A DNA stretch of 64,000 nucleotides from the human T2T-CHM13v2.0 reference genome, Homo sapiens. Both the position numbers and the translations under genes were made by a program. The stretch lies in assembly GCF_009914755.1 (NCBI RefSeq), contig NC_060930.1; one strand, written 5' to 3'. The notes beneath the pieces were generated by a model. The model saw only the letters and a program-made list of their open reading frames with translations, made no database searches and had not been told where the DNA came from. Shown here in pieces: positions 19,818-37,669 of the stretch; position 1 is the first letter of the stretch; each line of letters opens with the position of its first letter.

Positions 19818-22159
19818 GTGGGTCCCCGGGGCGCTCGCTGACATCCGGGCCTGGGGGCTGTCGCCGCCGCCGAGGCACCAGCCACGGGTGGAGCCCGAGT
19901 TCCCTCAGCTTTCAGTTGGGGGCAAGTCTGCGGCCTGGGGTCGCTTCGGCGGCCTTGGAAGGTGCGCGGTTTGGGGGAGAGCGGCCATGTCCACGCGGGC
20001 CGGAGCCGGCTTCTCCCGCCGTGGTTGCCGCGCCTGGCATTGCCCTGGGGGAGGGGAGGAGGCCGGCGCGGCCGCGTGCTCAGGTAACGTCCCGCGCTGG
20101 GCGGCGGGCGGCGCGGCCCGGGGTGGTTTTGCGGCCCGCGCCTCCCGACATTTCCCTCCGTAGTAGTTGGCGGCAGGGGCCCCAGGTGGGGGTCGGGGGC
20201 GCCTGCGCGGGTTGCCTCCGGCAGGTGTGGCTCGGCGGGCTTAGTCAGGCGCTAATTCGGGCGTGCCCGCTTCGGGGAATGGAGGGCGGGAGCGGCGCTT
20301 GTTCTTGCCTCGGGCGCGGATAGGAGGGGCCCTCCCGGCCTTGTCTGAGGGGCTGGCGAAGAGGCCTCCCACCCGCGGCGGCCGCGGGCAGCATGTGGCG
20401 TTCGGGCGGCGGGGATTGGGCGGGAGCAGTTATGTCGCAGTGGCGGGGCCCCACCGCTCCCCTAACATGCTCTGCGCCAGAGCCTTTTCGGGGCGGCTGG
20501 GCAGACGGCGCAGTCCCCGGGGCCGCCCTCGACACGGCCGCTGAGGCCGCTGGGGGCTGCTCCCCAATCTCTTGACCTTGGGTTGTGTAACCTGCTACGG
20601 AGCCGGCGGAGCGGGGCGGGAGAGGTGCGGGTGGAGGGAGGCCCGCCTGCCCCAGGACATAATGCCTCTAATGCCTTAAGCTTGAGCAAAGGAATCTGGG
20701 GCCCACTCCCACTGCGGGCCGTCACGCGAGAGATACTTGGGCTGACCGCGCCGAAGAGGCGTTTTAGTTGGTATTGCTGTGGAAATCCATGCTTATATAA
20801 AAGCCCAGAGATCCCGTGGATGCTTAGGCCTTGTTCCTGGCGGCGGTCGCACCGGTGGCCACCAATGGCCTTCCTAGGCCCTGCCACCGGATCCCTGGCT
20901 CCTCTGCGCACGAGTGCGGCTAGGGTGGCGGTGCAGCGGAGTAACTGGCGTGGCCAGCTTCATTGAGAGGCGGCGACCAATGGGCTCCTGGGCCGCACTC
21001 AGAGCCTGGCCCCAGGGTGTGGACCAATGGGCGTTTTAGGAGTGTTAGCTGTTCTTGGAGCTGTCCCTTGACAAAAAGCAACTGGAAAAGGGAATCCAGG
21101 CAGACACGTGCTACCGAGACTTTAAGGCACGACGGGAAACCCGGTTTCTAGCAGTGTATCTTGAACGATTCCATTGTAGAAAAAAATACTAGTCATAGCT
21201 AAAATGTCACACGTCTCATTTTTTTCAAGCTTCGTGTGACACTTAAAATGTCTATAGCGCTTACTACGTGCCAGGCTCACGTGAGATTATAGGAAGCGGA
21301 CTTTGGTCATGGAGAAGCTTAGTATTTCCTTCATTTCACAGATGAGAAAGATGGTATTTGTGATAGACGTTTGGTAAAACGATTGTGATCAGGATAATTA
21401 ACCTAGAAAATCTTGGCAAGAACCTAGAAAATCTTGGGTAAGAACAGTCCTAGAAAACGAATAACAGAAGTTGTCACTTTGGCTTTTTAAATGTTTGAGC
21501 CCTTAAATAATAGTAAGTACATGTTCTTAATAAAGGGAAGAAGATTTTGTTCTCCCCAAGTTCTTGGCGGTTTGGCTGTTTAGAGCTTCCTGAGTCAAAG
21601 TGGAGAGAGGAGGAAGAGGCTTTTTACAAAGCAGCCTGCTTTCTTTAAATGTTTAAGAACCCTTTTTACTTTGTACTTTAATCAGCCCAAATTGTTTTAC
21701 TGCTCCAGTGTGGCTTTTAAAATCATGGCCAAAGTTAAACTTTGAAGGACAAAATATTCCCTTGTGTAGATGATTTAGTGCCATCCATTTTGTGGACATG
21801 TAACATTCATTGAACAACTATTGGTAGTACACTGCCACATTGTAACTGTTGTAGATAAAGCAAGTTAAGCAAGAACTGAAAAATATGTTGATTTAACTAA
21901 GGTCCCGTGATAACCTTCGTTGGAACATTTTTCAGTGACCACTCAAGTGGTTAGGTTATTTACCAGGATGTTTAAAAAAGCCTGAAATAGTAGGTGTTCC
22001 TTGAATCACCTAAAATCAACAGCCTAGCAAAGAGAGTATCATGGACGGAGTCCGGTCGGTGGGGACATGGGGCCAGCCCCAGAGACCCCAGGGAAGGATA
22101 ATCGGTCATCTAGAAGAATAAAGCGTGACATGTTTTACTCAAATGACGTGATTAAGTGC

Positions 22160-22310
22160 ATAGCCTCTGGAATAACAAGATTTGAATTCAAACAGCATTT
22201 AATAGCTGTGTGAGCTGTTTCCTCATCTGTAAAATGGAGACAATAATGGTACATAGCTCATGGAAGTTGTGAAGAATAAATAAGTTAATATGTTATATGT
22301 AGTACGTAAA
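22160..22310 (+). mobile_element. MIR
   Basis: Core GTTTCCTCATCTGTAAAATGG. Confidence 0.7.
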
Positions 22311-23682
22311 CTGTTATCTTTAACACTTTAAAGACAGGATCCCTCTATAGCCCAGGCTGGAGTGCAGTGGCAGGATCATGGCTCACTGCAGCCTTGACCT
22401 CCTGGGCTCTATTAAGATGTGAATAAACTAAAAGTAGGTTAAAAGATGAACAGATGGAATTAAACAAATCTGTTTATAAAGCATAATAAACATAGGGACA
22501 TAAAAACGATTAAGAGAATGAAAGGCTTAAATGTCCAAAGAGAGCATTAGTATTGATGCTAAAGACAAGGATAACAAGATAAGGATATGAGGGAGAAAAA
22601 AATCCTGGAAAAATAGCTTTCCAAAACTAATGCAAGAAGAAATGGAGAACCCAAAACAGTCCTAGAACACCTAAATAACTTGAATCAGTCAATCATCTAG
22701 GCCCAGATGATTTCACTGGAGTGTTCTGTATAATTCAAGGGAGAAAATATCCAACTTTTTTCACGCATTCTTCTGGGAAACAACATACTTCCCTCGGTTT
22801 TCTCATCCCAAAGTCTGAAATATTTTTTTCTCCTACACGATATTTACCTTTCATATTTAGATCTGCAATCCATCTGGAATTGATTTTGTGTGTGGTGTGA
22901 GGGAATACACTTTAAACAAACTTGGCTCATCAGTCCAAGCTTTAATGCTTGGAATCTTTTCTGAATGTACACCTTTTTACTAAACACTGCTTCCCTCTTG
23001 TAGACCATTTAAGATATTTTATCTTAAGTGAACAAATTATGTAATACTGAGAAATTTAACAAAGAAAAATCTTTTATGATATAGCTTGGGTTAAACAATA
23101 CTGTTGGAGAAAAGCAGCAGTCCAGGTATATCCAGATGAATAAAGGACAATTAAGGGAGAGGCGGTTTCTTAGGGGTAACCTGCAGTTTTCTCTGATTTT
23201 TCAGATTTTACGGATGTTGAATAAAAATCAGTGACCATTTAAAAAATGGTTTAGTTGTTGGATCAAAGTGCTGTAACAAACAAAAGCTTTTTATAAGACA
23301 TGGCAGCTTTAGGGAGGGTGAGAGTAGTAAGAAGGAAATCTGTTAGAAAATAGAAAATTTTGCTGAGAAAAGAATGATTTTTCAGGACTGGAAATCCTAT
23401 TACTGTGCTTTACTCAGATTTTATAAACTAAAACATAATTTTTAGTAAAGGATTGGGGCAGTTGTAAAGATAGTCATACCTCAGCTTAACTTTCCCCAAA
23501 CTCATGACTTATTTGACTACATCATTATGCAGCATTATTGCAATATCAATAATTTACATTGAAGGAATTTACAACCCGTTGCCAAAAAACCTTTTAGTGT
23601 AATGTTTCAGAGTAGAAATGCTTCCTACTAAAGAATAAAGCTTCTCGTTACATTCCTCCCAGCAGTTTCAAAAAGGTTTCAT

Positions 23683-23960
23683 GGCTGGGCTTGGTGGCTC
23701 ATGTCTAATCCCAGCACTCTGAGAGACCAAGGAGTTTGAGAGCCCAGTCTGGGCAACATAGTGAAATCCTGACTCTACAAAAAAAATTGAAAAATTATCT
23801 GTGCGTGCTGGTCCATCCTGGTGCGTGTCTGCATCCCAGCCACTCGGGAAGCTGAGGTGGGAGGATTTTTTTGAGCCATTGGGGGATCGAGGCTGCAGCG
23901 AAATGAGATTGCACCAGTGCGCTCCATCTGGTGGCAGAGTGAAACCCTCTCAACAACAAC
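23683..23960 (+). mobile_element. Alu (AluJ-like, diverged)
   Basis: Alu motifs. Confidence 0.8.
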
Positions 23961-24540
23961 GAAAATATTTCAACTGTTGTTTACAAACCATGTATCTTTA
24001 AGAAGCACATGTTGAAAGTAGCAGAAAACTGAGAGGAGTATCCCGATTTGGGGTAAAAATTTGAGATAGAGAAACAATAATGTGATGATAATAGGTTCAT
24101 ATCTTTGAACAAAAGGGAGGAGGCTTATTTCTCAGGTTATCTGAATTCACTGCCGCAGGAAGGCACCCTCAGAATCTAACTTCTGGTCAGTCTAGCTTTA
24201 CTCAAGAATGATCTGGTTTTAGGATGCCTTTTACCTAAAGACTGCTTACTACCTGGGGTAGAGGCACCCTGATGAATGTACTGTAATGAGAGCCTCTAAA
24301 ACAGACCTAAAAATATGAGGTAAGAGCAGAATTGAGAAGCTGCAGTGACTTTGGATAAATTACCTGAACTCTGAAACCAGCTGGTTTTACATTAGGAAGT
24401 AATGAGTAATCTAATGACCTGGAAGCTTTTCAAATAAAAATTTGCAGGCATCATCCTCAGAAAGTGTCTGACCTAACTGGGTATGGGAATAGCATCTATG
24501 TATTGAGTTTTCAGGTGATTAGAGCATAACCCTGCACTAA

Positions 24541-25540
<1,000 letters not shown>

Positions 25541-25800
25541 ATTTAATCAGGCGACATAGAGAAGTCTTGTTATAATATAATTATCTTGTCCCTGTAGACA
25601 TTTCTAAATTCTATTTTTATTAGACCTCAGCCTCTAAGAAAATGTTTTAAATATAAAATGTGGCATGCCACTAAAGTGTTGTTTTTCAGACATACAATTT
25701 GTGTGCTGTTATTAATATAGAACATCTATTTTTCTTTGGGATCATTTATCATGATCTCTGATTATATTTAATATTTTAGTATCTAGTCTTTAAGTGAAAT

Positions 25801-26017
25801 TAGGGTATCTCAACCTCAGCATTCTTGACATTTTGATTCAGATAATTCACTGTTGTCAATGACTATCCTGTTAATTATACCGTGTGTAGCAGTGTCCCTG
25901 GCCTCTATCCACTGCATGCTGGCAACACCACCACCACCCCAGTTGTGATAAAAAATGTCTCCAAATGTTGCCACATGTCTTCTGGGTGGCAAAATTACTA
26001 CAAGTTGAGAACCACTG
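25801..26017. mobile_element. MER20 hAT DNA transposon
   Basis: TIR-like ends TCTCAACCT / AGTTGAGAACCACTG and internal CCCTGGCCTCTA..CACT motif. Confidence 0.75.
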
Positions 26018-26083
26018 AGTTAGATCAGAGAGGTGGCATTTAAGATGAGAAAAAGGAATTCAAATCAGGAAATACTCAATCTA

Positions 26084-26458
<375 letters not shown>

Positions 26459-26914
26459 TTATAATAATTTCTAATGACTAGATCAGTATTACGTGAGCTG
26501 TAATGTGAACAAATCCCAAAATCATCTTGCTATCTTGCTTCTCTTGATTCTGCTTTATATCCATCAATTTGATTTATTGACTCTTTAAATAGCAAGGATT
26601 GCCAAATAGATCAGTTTTATAAATAGTTTATAATAGACTAGTGCTTCAAAGTCTCAGTTTGTAGTGTACTTGGGAGTGAAGCAGAGACAAGACCACTATC
26701 ACTACTGAGCCTGATAAAACATTCTAGCTTAATACTATCTTTTCTATTTTTGACACACAGTCTCACTCTGTCGCCCAGGCTGGTGTGCAGTGGCACGATC
26801 TTGGCTCACTGCAACCTGATTTTAAAAATGGCTCTGTCGACTGTATAAAGCACTTTGTCTTTTCCATCATTAATTTGATCAGAAAGCAGACCACTGAAAA
26901 CCTTTCCTCCAAAA

Positions 26915-27090
26915 CAAGAGTCAGCAAACTTTCTGTAAAGGACTAGGGAGTAAATTTTAAATTTTGCAAGGCAGACAGTCTGTTGCAATTACTCAGCTCT
27001 GCCCTTATAGGGAGAAAATAACCATAGTCAATGTATAAATGAATGGGTGTGGCTAGGTTCCAGTAGAGCTTTATTTACAAAAGCAGGCCA
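26915..27090. mobile_element. MER58A-like DNA transposon
   Basis: GTCAGCAAACTTTCTGTAAAGGG...ACTCAGCTCTGCC...TTTATTTACAAAA. Confidence 0.7.
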
Positions 27091-27439
27091 TTTTTTCCCA
27101 CAGAAATGTGATAGAAATAATTTGTGCTGAAATTTTCAGCTGTTGCAGAGTTTTTCACCTCTTTTATGTACATGTATAGCATTGTATTGACTACTTTTTT
27201 CTTTCGTCTATTTTGCCCTCTGATTTATTTTTCTTGAGCTTAGTAGCTCTGGTAAATGCCTTTATCATCACTAGGTTGATAGACAGTTTAACTGTTTGTC
27301 CTAGGTTGCTTAAAGTAATTGCTTTCTTTTGATACTATGATTGAAAAATTCTGATTACCGGAGCATTACTATTAGTTGAGGAAAGGTTTGAATGGAGAAT
27401 TTTATTAACTGATGATGAGTGAGTATAAGAGCATTTTGA

Positions 27440-27735
27440 AGCCAGTGGGTTGGCACGTGCCTATAATCCTAGCACTTTGGGAAGCTGAGATGGGAGGATC
27501 TCATTAGCCCAGGAGTTTGAGACCAACCTGGGCAACATAGGGAGACCTCATCTCTACAAAACAATTAAAAATATATTAGTAAGGTGTAGTGATACATGCC
27601 CTGTGGTCCCAGCTACTTGGGAGGCTGAGGTGGGAGGATCTCTTTGAGCATGGGAGGCCAAGGCTGCAGTGAGCTGTGATTGTGCCATTGTTCTCCAGCC
27701 TGGGTGACAGTGAGACTGGCTCAGAAAACAAAAGG
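27440..27735 (+). mobile_element. Alu (AluJ-like)
   Basis: Alu motifs. Confidence 0.85.
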
Positions 27736-28189
27736 TTATTTCTCTGCCATTACAGAAGAAGCATGGTACACTGTCTTCTCTTATTAAAATGCAATTAATA
27801 AACCCTGGACAGAATGCATTGTTGAGCAGCTATCCAAGGACTCTGAGAAGTAAATTTTAGCAGGTGAAATGGAGAAGAAAGCCAGAACTTTAAATTCCAC
27901 TGAACCAGCAGTGAATTTCCTGTTTTTTTTCCCCTGTGGTATCTCCTCGCTGATTTCTCCTGGGCTTGCCAGAAACCCAGAACTGAAAAGTAGGGGCAGG
28001 CAAAAATAGTTCCAAGAAAGGCTCTCTAGTTCTCCTCTGCAAAGAAAGAATGAGAGGCCCCTTTGAATCAGAGTGGAAGAAATCTCTTTTTTGCTTTTGT
28101 TTTGTTCTATTCTGCCCCAATCCTCTTGTAGGCCTTTAGCAGCTGTGGCAGTTAGGCAGATGTCTAAAACAACGAGAGAAGGGAATCAT

Positions 28190-28492
<303 letters not shown>

Positions 28493-29012
28493 AAAGCCCT
28501 ATTTTTATAGGTAGTGGATGAAGAAGAGTCCTTCCCCTATCCCCTATGTGAGTCAGGCATTGTCAGAGAGATTATGGAAGGTTGAAGAAAGTAAACCTAT
28601 AAAGTTTTATATGAACACTCCTTAGCCATTTTGCATGGATCTGACCCTAAACAGCACATCAGAGGCTTTGAAAACTAGAATACACAATAGACTGCCTCTC
28701 CAGGGCCAGCCTGGCCATTGGGTGGCAAATAAGTGGGGCAGATGCAAATAGCATAGCAAAGGAGTTCATAACAAACCTGACACTGGAACCATAACACAAC
28801 CTACAAACATTGAGTAAAAACTTGAAGCCTAAACCAAACCAGATTGTCTGCTGAAAGTTTTTAAAAATCAAGACCTAGAATGATGTAACATGTCAAAATA
28901 TCCAGGATGCCATCCTAAATTAGTCAACATACTCAAAACCAGGAAAATCTTAACATCTCAAAGGAAAAGACAGCAGACACCAACCTCAAGGTGACATGGA
29001 CCAAGACTTTAA

Positions 29013-29368
<356 letters not shown>

Positions 29369-29724
29369 TAGTTCAGCCATGGAACGTGTTTAAAAGTCTT
29401 AATAGAAATGGTGAATATAACTGAGAAAGGGAGGGTGGGATTTGTTAGTGCGTCCAGTGGGTAAAAAGGAGTATGTGCAAGAATAAGTTATAGTGGGAAG
29501 TCAGTAGGTGATGACTTAAGCAGGTAGCATTATTGATGGACCTGAATTAGATAAGCTCTTTAAAAATCTGAAATTGTAATGTTTCTAATACTTAAATCAT
29601 AGTGGATATTTTTATTTACCTTCATATTCAGGAATGGGAGTCTTAATAGTAGATAATTTTTGCAAGGATTTTGTAAATTTATCTTAGTCAAGTGAAGCAG
29701 GATTTCATTCCCACGAGTAGTTTG

Positions 29725-30204
<480 letters not shown>

Positions 30205-30555
30205 TAATTTCAAGGGTTGTCACAGTATATATCCCACATATGTATTCTTTCCATATATGAACAAATTGTTAGCACCCTTTTTAAAGAACCTTAAAACTTT
30301 TTAGTAGCTCTTTTAAAAAAGTTGCTTAGTCATGTTATAGTCTAATACAGGAACTCAGCTCTGTAATCATTAGCAAGCCTTTCACATTAAAGATTTTTGG
30401 ATGGGTATTGGTACGCAGATGGGTCAGTAACAGTTTCTTGTAGCAAAATGGTGAGACAGGCACAAAATTCTACCAGGCATGTTTGGTGTTGTGTTTGCTT
30501 TTTAATACAAACGAATAAAAACATTTTGCTGTTGGATTTCGCTCAAAAGGTCTTA

Positions 30556-30843
<288 letters not shown>

Positions 30844-30909
30844 ATTTGCCATTTTTATGAGTGTAGAGCAATGGCCTGTCAGATATCATAAGGCTTAAAA
30901 ATTTTTCTT

Positions 30910-31395
<486 letters not shown>

Positions 31396-32107
31396 TTAAG
31401 CTGTTCCATGGAATTACATTGTCTTTTTATAATGGGCACACTAATGAAAGAATGAACACTTTCCTAATTCTATTCTCAGGCAAATTAAGACTAGTTTCTT
31501 CATGTCCATATGACCTTCATTGCTATGGTTGCTTGTACTGCACATTTCCTGTTAAACGGGCTTTCTCATTGCATTTGGAGAGCTGCGTAGTATTCCCAAA
31601 ATCTTCTAGGTATGCTTGTAATTGGCAGTCATTCCAGTTTTTTGTGAGTGCTATAAGAGTAACATCACTCACTGTGTCCCGACAGACAGGCTTTTAAATT
31701 TCTATGCCAATTAGATTGGTAAAATTATGCTCTTCTTTTTTTTTAAGTGTTTCTTAAGGTTAAAAATCTGCACATTTTATAGACAAAGTATCCCATTGAA
31801 TTTCTGTAATCATTGATTAGTTAATGGTTTACCTTGGTTTATGGACCTTTGAACATTTTTTTGCCTATTTTTCTTTAAGTAATTTGTAAATACATAGTAT
31901 AATGACCAATTTTTGTTTCATATATAGCATAATATACCTATCATTTATCTGGGTATGTCAATATAGATTATTTTGAAAGAAACTAAAAGTTGGTGTACAA
32001 TATTAATTAAAAATGTGGTCTTCATGAGAAAAAGTGTGAGCTTTGTAATTTTTATGAGTAGGTGGGTACTATTGTGGATTAATCGTAACTTTTTTGTTAA
32101 ATGATAG

Positions 32108-32194
32108 ATCTGAGTGGGACATACTTTTGAAGGATGTGCAATGTTCAATCATAAGTGTGACAAAAACTGACAAGCAGGAAGCTTATGTACTCAG
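32108..32194 (+). CDS. AMD1: AMD1 exon 2 ([29 protein letters not shown])
   Basis: TAG| acceptor, CAG|GTAAGT donor, frame continuity. Confidence 0.97.
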
Positions 32195-32285
32195 GTAAGT
32201 CCTGTAAAACAAGTGTTAGGTAGCTAATTTCAGTCCTAATCATAATGTGAAACAGTTAAGTTCCTCTCAGTTGTAGTTCTGGGGG

Positions 32286-32619
<334 letters not shown>

Positions 32620-32849
32620 TAAAAGGAAACATTTAGTGTAACGTGGATGTTTCTAGGACATAGGTTTTGAAGCCTCACCGGACAGTTCAAGGTGTTTGCC
32701 GTCTTTTCCTCCCAATTGGTAAAGAAGGACCTCTTAATTAGAAGTTCAGGCAAAGGGAAAGTTAGCTTCTCTATACAAATACAGTTGTCTAATTGGTATA
32801 TAAAAGCTCATCACCTTTTTTGTAGTTGCAGAGTTAATTTATTCCATAA

Positions 32850-33208
<359 letters not shown>

Positions 33209-33459
33209 TCTCTCTTTTTTTTTTTTAAACTAAGTTTATATTATGAATATACGAATGTTTATCAAAATGCTTACCATGTGCCAAGCCCTGGGGATGTTTT
33301 GTATACTAGAAAAGGAAAAGAATAATGTGTTACTTGCTTCCTTGAGATCCTAATATTTAAAAGTACTAGCCAAAATTGTAAATGATAATTAAATTGGTTG
33401 ATTGCACCCTCAGTAGTACATTAGTATTGTTATAATATTGTGACTTTTTTCAACTGCAG

Positions 33460-33586
33460 TGAGAGTAGCATGTTTGTCTCCAAGAGACGTTTCATTTTGA
33501 AGACATGTGGTACCACCCTCTTGCTGAAAGCACTGGTTCCCCTGTTGAAGCTTGCTAGGGATTACAGTGGGTTTGACTCAATTCAA
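33460..33586 (+). CDS. AMD1: AMD1 exon 3; encodes the Glu67-Ser68 autocleavage/pyruvoyl site (33461-33466) and TCGTT motif
   Basis: [23 protein letters not shown]; CAG| acceptor, CAA|GTAAGT donor. Confidence 0.98.
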
Positions 33587-34054
33587 GTAAGTAAGCAAAC
33601 ATTTAAATATTTTTCAGGCATAAATGTTAGCGTTCTTATCCTGTAATATGCGAAGTAAATAAATTTATATACTTACTGCCTTTGTTACAATGCATGCAAA
33701 CACGTGGTAAGGTGTTCATACCTTAGGAAGAGATCTGATTCTCAAGAACAGCAGAAAATAGGAAGCAGAGAATGAGTTAGGATGAAATTCAAATGGGAGA
33801 AAGAAATGAAGAAGCCAGATACTTCCAGTAGTTAATTTCTTAACATGGCTACTTATAATAATAGAGAAATGGTAAGAAAAGAAGGAAAAGCAAGAAAAAT
33901 GTCGTTACTGAAATTGTCCAGTCTTTATAATGAAGAGTTAGGATGAAGAGCAACAGTCAGTATTGAGTTAAATTCTTATACTTTTCAAGAACTAAGGTGT
34001 TTTTACCTAGGGTATAATTTTCTGATTAGCAGTTGTTACATTTTATTTATTTTC

Positions 34055-34350
<296 letters not shown>

Positions 34351-34856
34351 TGAATTTTAATCTTTAACTTCATAAGGAAAGGATGGATTGTCATTAGTAC
34401 TCAATACAGTTTTTGTTGTTATGAATTGATCCTTGTAAGAAATCTAAAGCAATGTGTGCTTAACCGATGCTTAAAACTAATATGTTATTCCCCCCAAATT
34501 TTTGCTTATATGACTATTAATAAGCTCAGTTTAGAAACTACTGTTCTAGAAAGGAATATACTTGGTGTTAATAGTTGTTATGACCCATCATCACTAGACT
34601 GGGCTTTTTAAAAAAAAGAGAGAGAGAGAGAGATGGGGCCTCAGTATGTTGCCCAGGCTGGACTCCTGGGCCAAGTGATCCTCCTGCCTCCTAATAGCGA
34701 GACTACAGGCATATGCTACCATGCCAAGCTAAAATATTTGAGTTTTGATTTTGCCGAGTTTTTGATATGTGGACAATAGTTGATTAGCTTCGAAAAGTGA
34801 TAGAATTCTACATCTAAAGTCATCTTTTTTTTTCTTTCTTTTCTTTTTTAATAAAG

Positions 34857-34959
34857 AGCTTCTTTTATTCTCGTAAGAATTTCATGAAGCCTTCTCACCA
34901 AGGGTACCCACACCGGAATTTCCAGGAAGAAATAGAGTTTCTTAATGCAATTTTCCCAA
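34857..34959 (+). CDS. AMD1: AMD1 exon 4 ([34 protein letters not shown])
   Basis: Polypyrimidine tract + AAG| acceptor; |GTAAGT donor. Confidence 0.97.
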
Positions 34960-35094
34960 GTAAGTTTAAATAAAATATAAACCTGTTGTCTTCTTAAAGA
35001 TAGAAAGTGCAACCTCAGAGATCTTTCTATATGAGAGCATACTTATGCATATATAGCATTCTACACACACTAATACTTGCTTTTCTTGTGGGTT

Positions 35095-35407
<313 letters not shown>

Positions 35408-35709
35408 TAGATGTTTTGGGAGTACAGTAGTGATCTTTATATAGCTTGTAATTCAAAATATGCAGAATTTATAAAGAACATTAAAATATCAGATAAAATA
35501 TTTTTAGTTAAGATTAATAGCTTATTGCAAATTATGTATACACATGTAAAAATAATTGTGTATCATAAATCAGTGCTGTTTAAATGATGGAATTTTAAAA
35601 TGTAGAATTGATCACCTGCCACCTCTGATTTTTCATACAGCATAGAGAGAGTTCATCTTCATCTGGCCATTCACTCTACTTTGTGTCTCACTCAGTGGTT
35701 CTTTTTGCG

Positions 35710-35900
35710 TTTTTGTTTGAGACAAGTTTCACTTTGTCTCCCAGGCTGGAGAGCAGTGGCATCATTATAGCTCACTGCATTGTCAAACTCTTGAGTTCAA
35801 GCACCCAGCTAATTTTTATTTTATTTTTAGTAGAGATGGAATCTTGCTGTGTTGCCCAGGCTGGTCTTGAACTCCTGCCCTCTAGCAGTCCTCCAGCCTC
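35710..35900 (-). mobile_element. Alu fragment
   Basis: Reverse Alu with internal deletion. Confidence 0.75.
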
Positions 35901-36253
35901 AGTGGTTCTTAACATACAGATCATAATGTCCTTTGACAATATGAAGAAGGATATGATTCCCTTCAGAAAAATGCCTAGTGCTCTGCTCCAGCATTTTATA
36001 TAATAATTGACCTGGCTTTTTAAAATTGCACAGTGTAAATTAGTGTTTCTTGAATGAAATTCGTAAGGGTTTCTTTCATCCATTTACTAAGCTTTTATTT
36101 ATAGAGGTCAGGGAACAAAGGTTATCTGATAACATCCTTACTTCCTAGATAAGGCTGAAAACCTAAGATAATTTAGTAACTTTGCACAAAGTCGCTCATA
36201 AGCATGAAAATTGAACTTAGCACATCTACTAATATGAAACCAAACCAGGCTAA

Positions 36254-36638
<385 letters not shown>

Positions 36639-36763
36639 CACTGATGGATGACATTTCTAATAAGTGGCAAATAGTATCATTCTGCTTATTGTGGAAGGGT
36701 AGTAACAAACCATCCTATTAAATGGATGTGTTATATTTATTTTGCGTTCTCTTCCCTCAACAG

Positions 36764-36806
36764 ATGGAGCAGCATATTGTATGGGACGTATGAATTCTGA
36801 CTGTTG
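36764..36806 (+). CDS. AMD1: AMD1 exon 5 (NGAAYCMGRMNSDCW)
   Basis: CAG| acceptor, TG|GTATGT donor. Confidence 0.95.
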
Positions 36807-36901
36807 GTATGTTTAATGCAATTTTGTGGATTTTTGTTGTCCTATGTAAGATTTAAACTGCCAATTGTCATTTTTAGGAACTATTTTTAATTTTTATTTA
36901 G

Positions 36902-37046
36902 GTACTTATATACTCTGGATTTCCCAGAGAGTCGGGTAATCAGTCAGCCAGATCAAACCTTGGAAATTCTGATGAGTGAGCTTGACCCAGCAGTTATGGA
37001 CCAGTTCTACATGAAAGATGGTGTTACTGCAAAGGATGTCACTCGT
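36902..37046 (+). CDS. AMD1: AMD1 exon 6 ([28 protein letters not shown]...DVTR)
   Basis: TAG| acceptor, |GTAAGC donor; DQTLEILM motif. Confidence 0.97.
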
Positions 37047-37102
37047 GTAAGCATTTTTAGTAATAATTGTTGCTGGACTCTTCTGCGTGGGGACTAAATT
37101 TT

Positions 37103-37264
37103 ATTTTTCATTCTGTAACTTTTAAGTTCAGGGTAACAAGTGCTAGTTTGTTACATAGGTAAACTTGTGTCATGGGGGTTTGTCGTACACAGTATTTCGT
37201 CACCCAGGTGTTAAGCCTAGTACCCATTAGTTATTTTTCCTGGTCCTCTCCCTTCTCCCACCCT
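37103..37264 (-). mobile_element. Short 5'-truncated old L1PA 3' end in AMD1 intron 6
   Basis: L1 3'UTR motifs (GTTTGTTACATAGGTAAAC, AGCCTAGTACCCATTAG); 13-bp TSD GGGACTAAATTTT at 37090-37102 and 37265-37277. Confidence 0.85.
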
Positions 37265-37338
37265 GGGACTAAATTTTGGACTCAATTGAAGTTTATTTGT
37301 CAAACCCTTGTTAAACTCGGTCTTTTTCCCCCCCCCAG

Positions 37339-37431
37339 GAGAGTGGAATTCGTGACCTGATACCAGGTTCTGTCATTGATGCCACAATGTTCAATCCTTG
37401 TGGGTATTCGATGAATGGAATGAAATCGGAT
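37339..37431 (+). CDS. AMD1: AMD1 exon 7 ([31 protein letters not shown])
   Basis: CAG| acceptor, |GTGAGT donor; FNPCGYSMN signature. Confidence 0.97.
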
Positions 37432-37513
37432 GTGAGTAGTTATATATTGCTTCAATAATTATTTAAATGTGAATAGTCTTTCCATTCTTAACACTGTGAA
37501 CTTTTTCTCTCAG

Positions 37514-37669
37514 GGAACTTATTGGACTATTCACATCACTCCAGAACCAGAATTTTCTTATGTTAGCTTTGAAACAAACTTAAGTCAGACCTCCTATGAT
37601 GACCTGATCAGGAAAGTTGTAGAAGTCTTCAAGCCAGGAAAATTTGTGACCACCTTGTTTGTTAATCAG
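37514..37669 (+). CDS. AMD1: AMD1 exon 8 ([22 protein letters not shown]...LFVNQ)
   Basis: [14 protein letters not shown] signature; CAG|GTAATT donor. Confidence 0.97.

Larger units (their letters stand above)
18620..21150. promoter_or_regulatory. AMD1: CpG island spanning the AMD1 promoter, exon 1 and start of intron 1
   Basis: Very high GC and CpG density relative to flanks. Confidence 0.9.

Noticed and set aside
19666-20163. 165-aa ORF with a TTG-initiated N-terminal extension and run-on into intron 1
   Set aside because: In-frame TAG at 19663 limits any extension to 14 codons; the 3' part is intron read past a good donor at 19817.
19916-21151. Multiple Arg/Gly/Pro-rich ORFs on both strands
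   Set aside because: Expected from stop-codon scarcity in a CpG island; no recognisable domains.
21400-21460. ~21-bp tandem duplication AACCTAGAAAATCTTGG
   Set aside because: Ordinary slippage duplication with no supporting motif.
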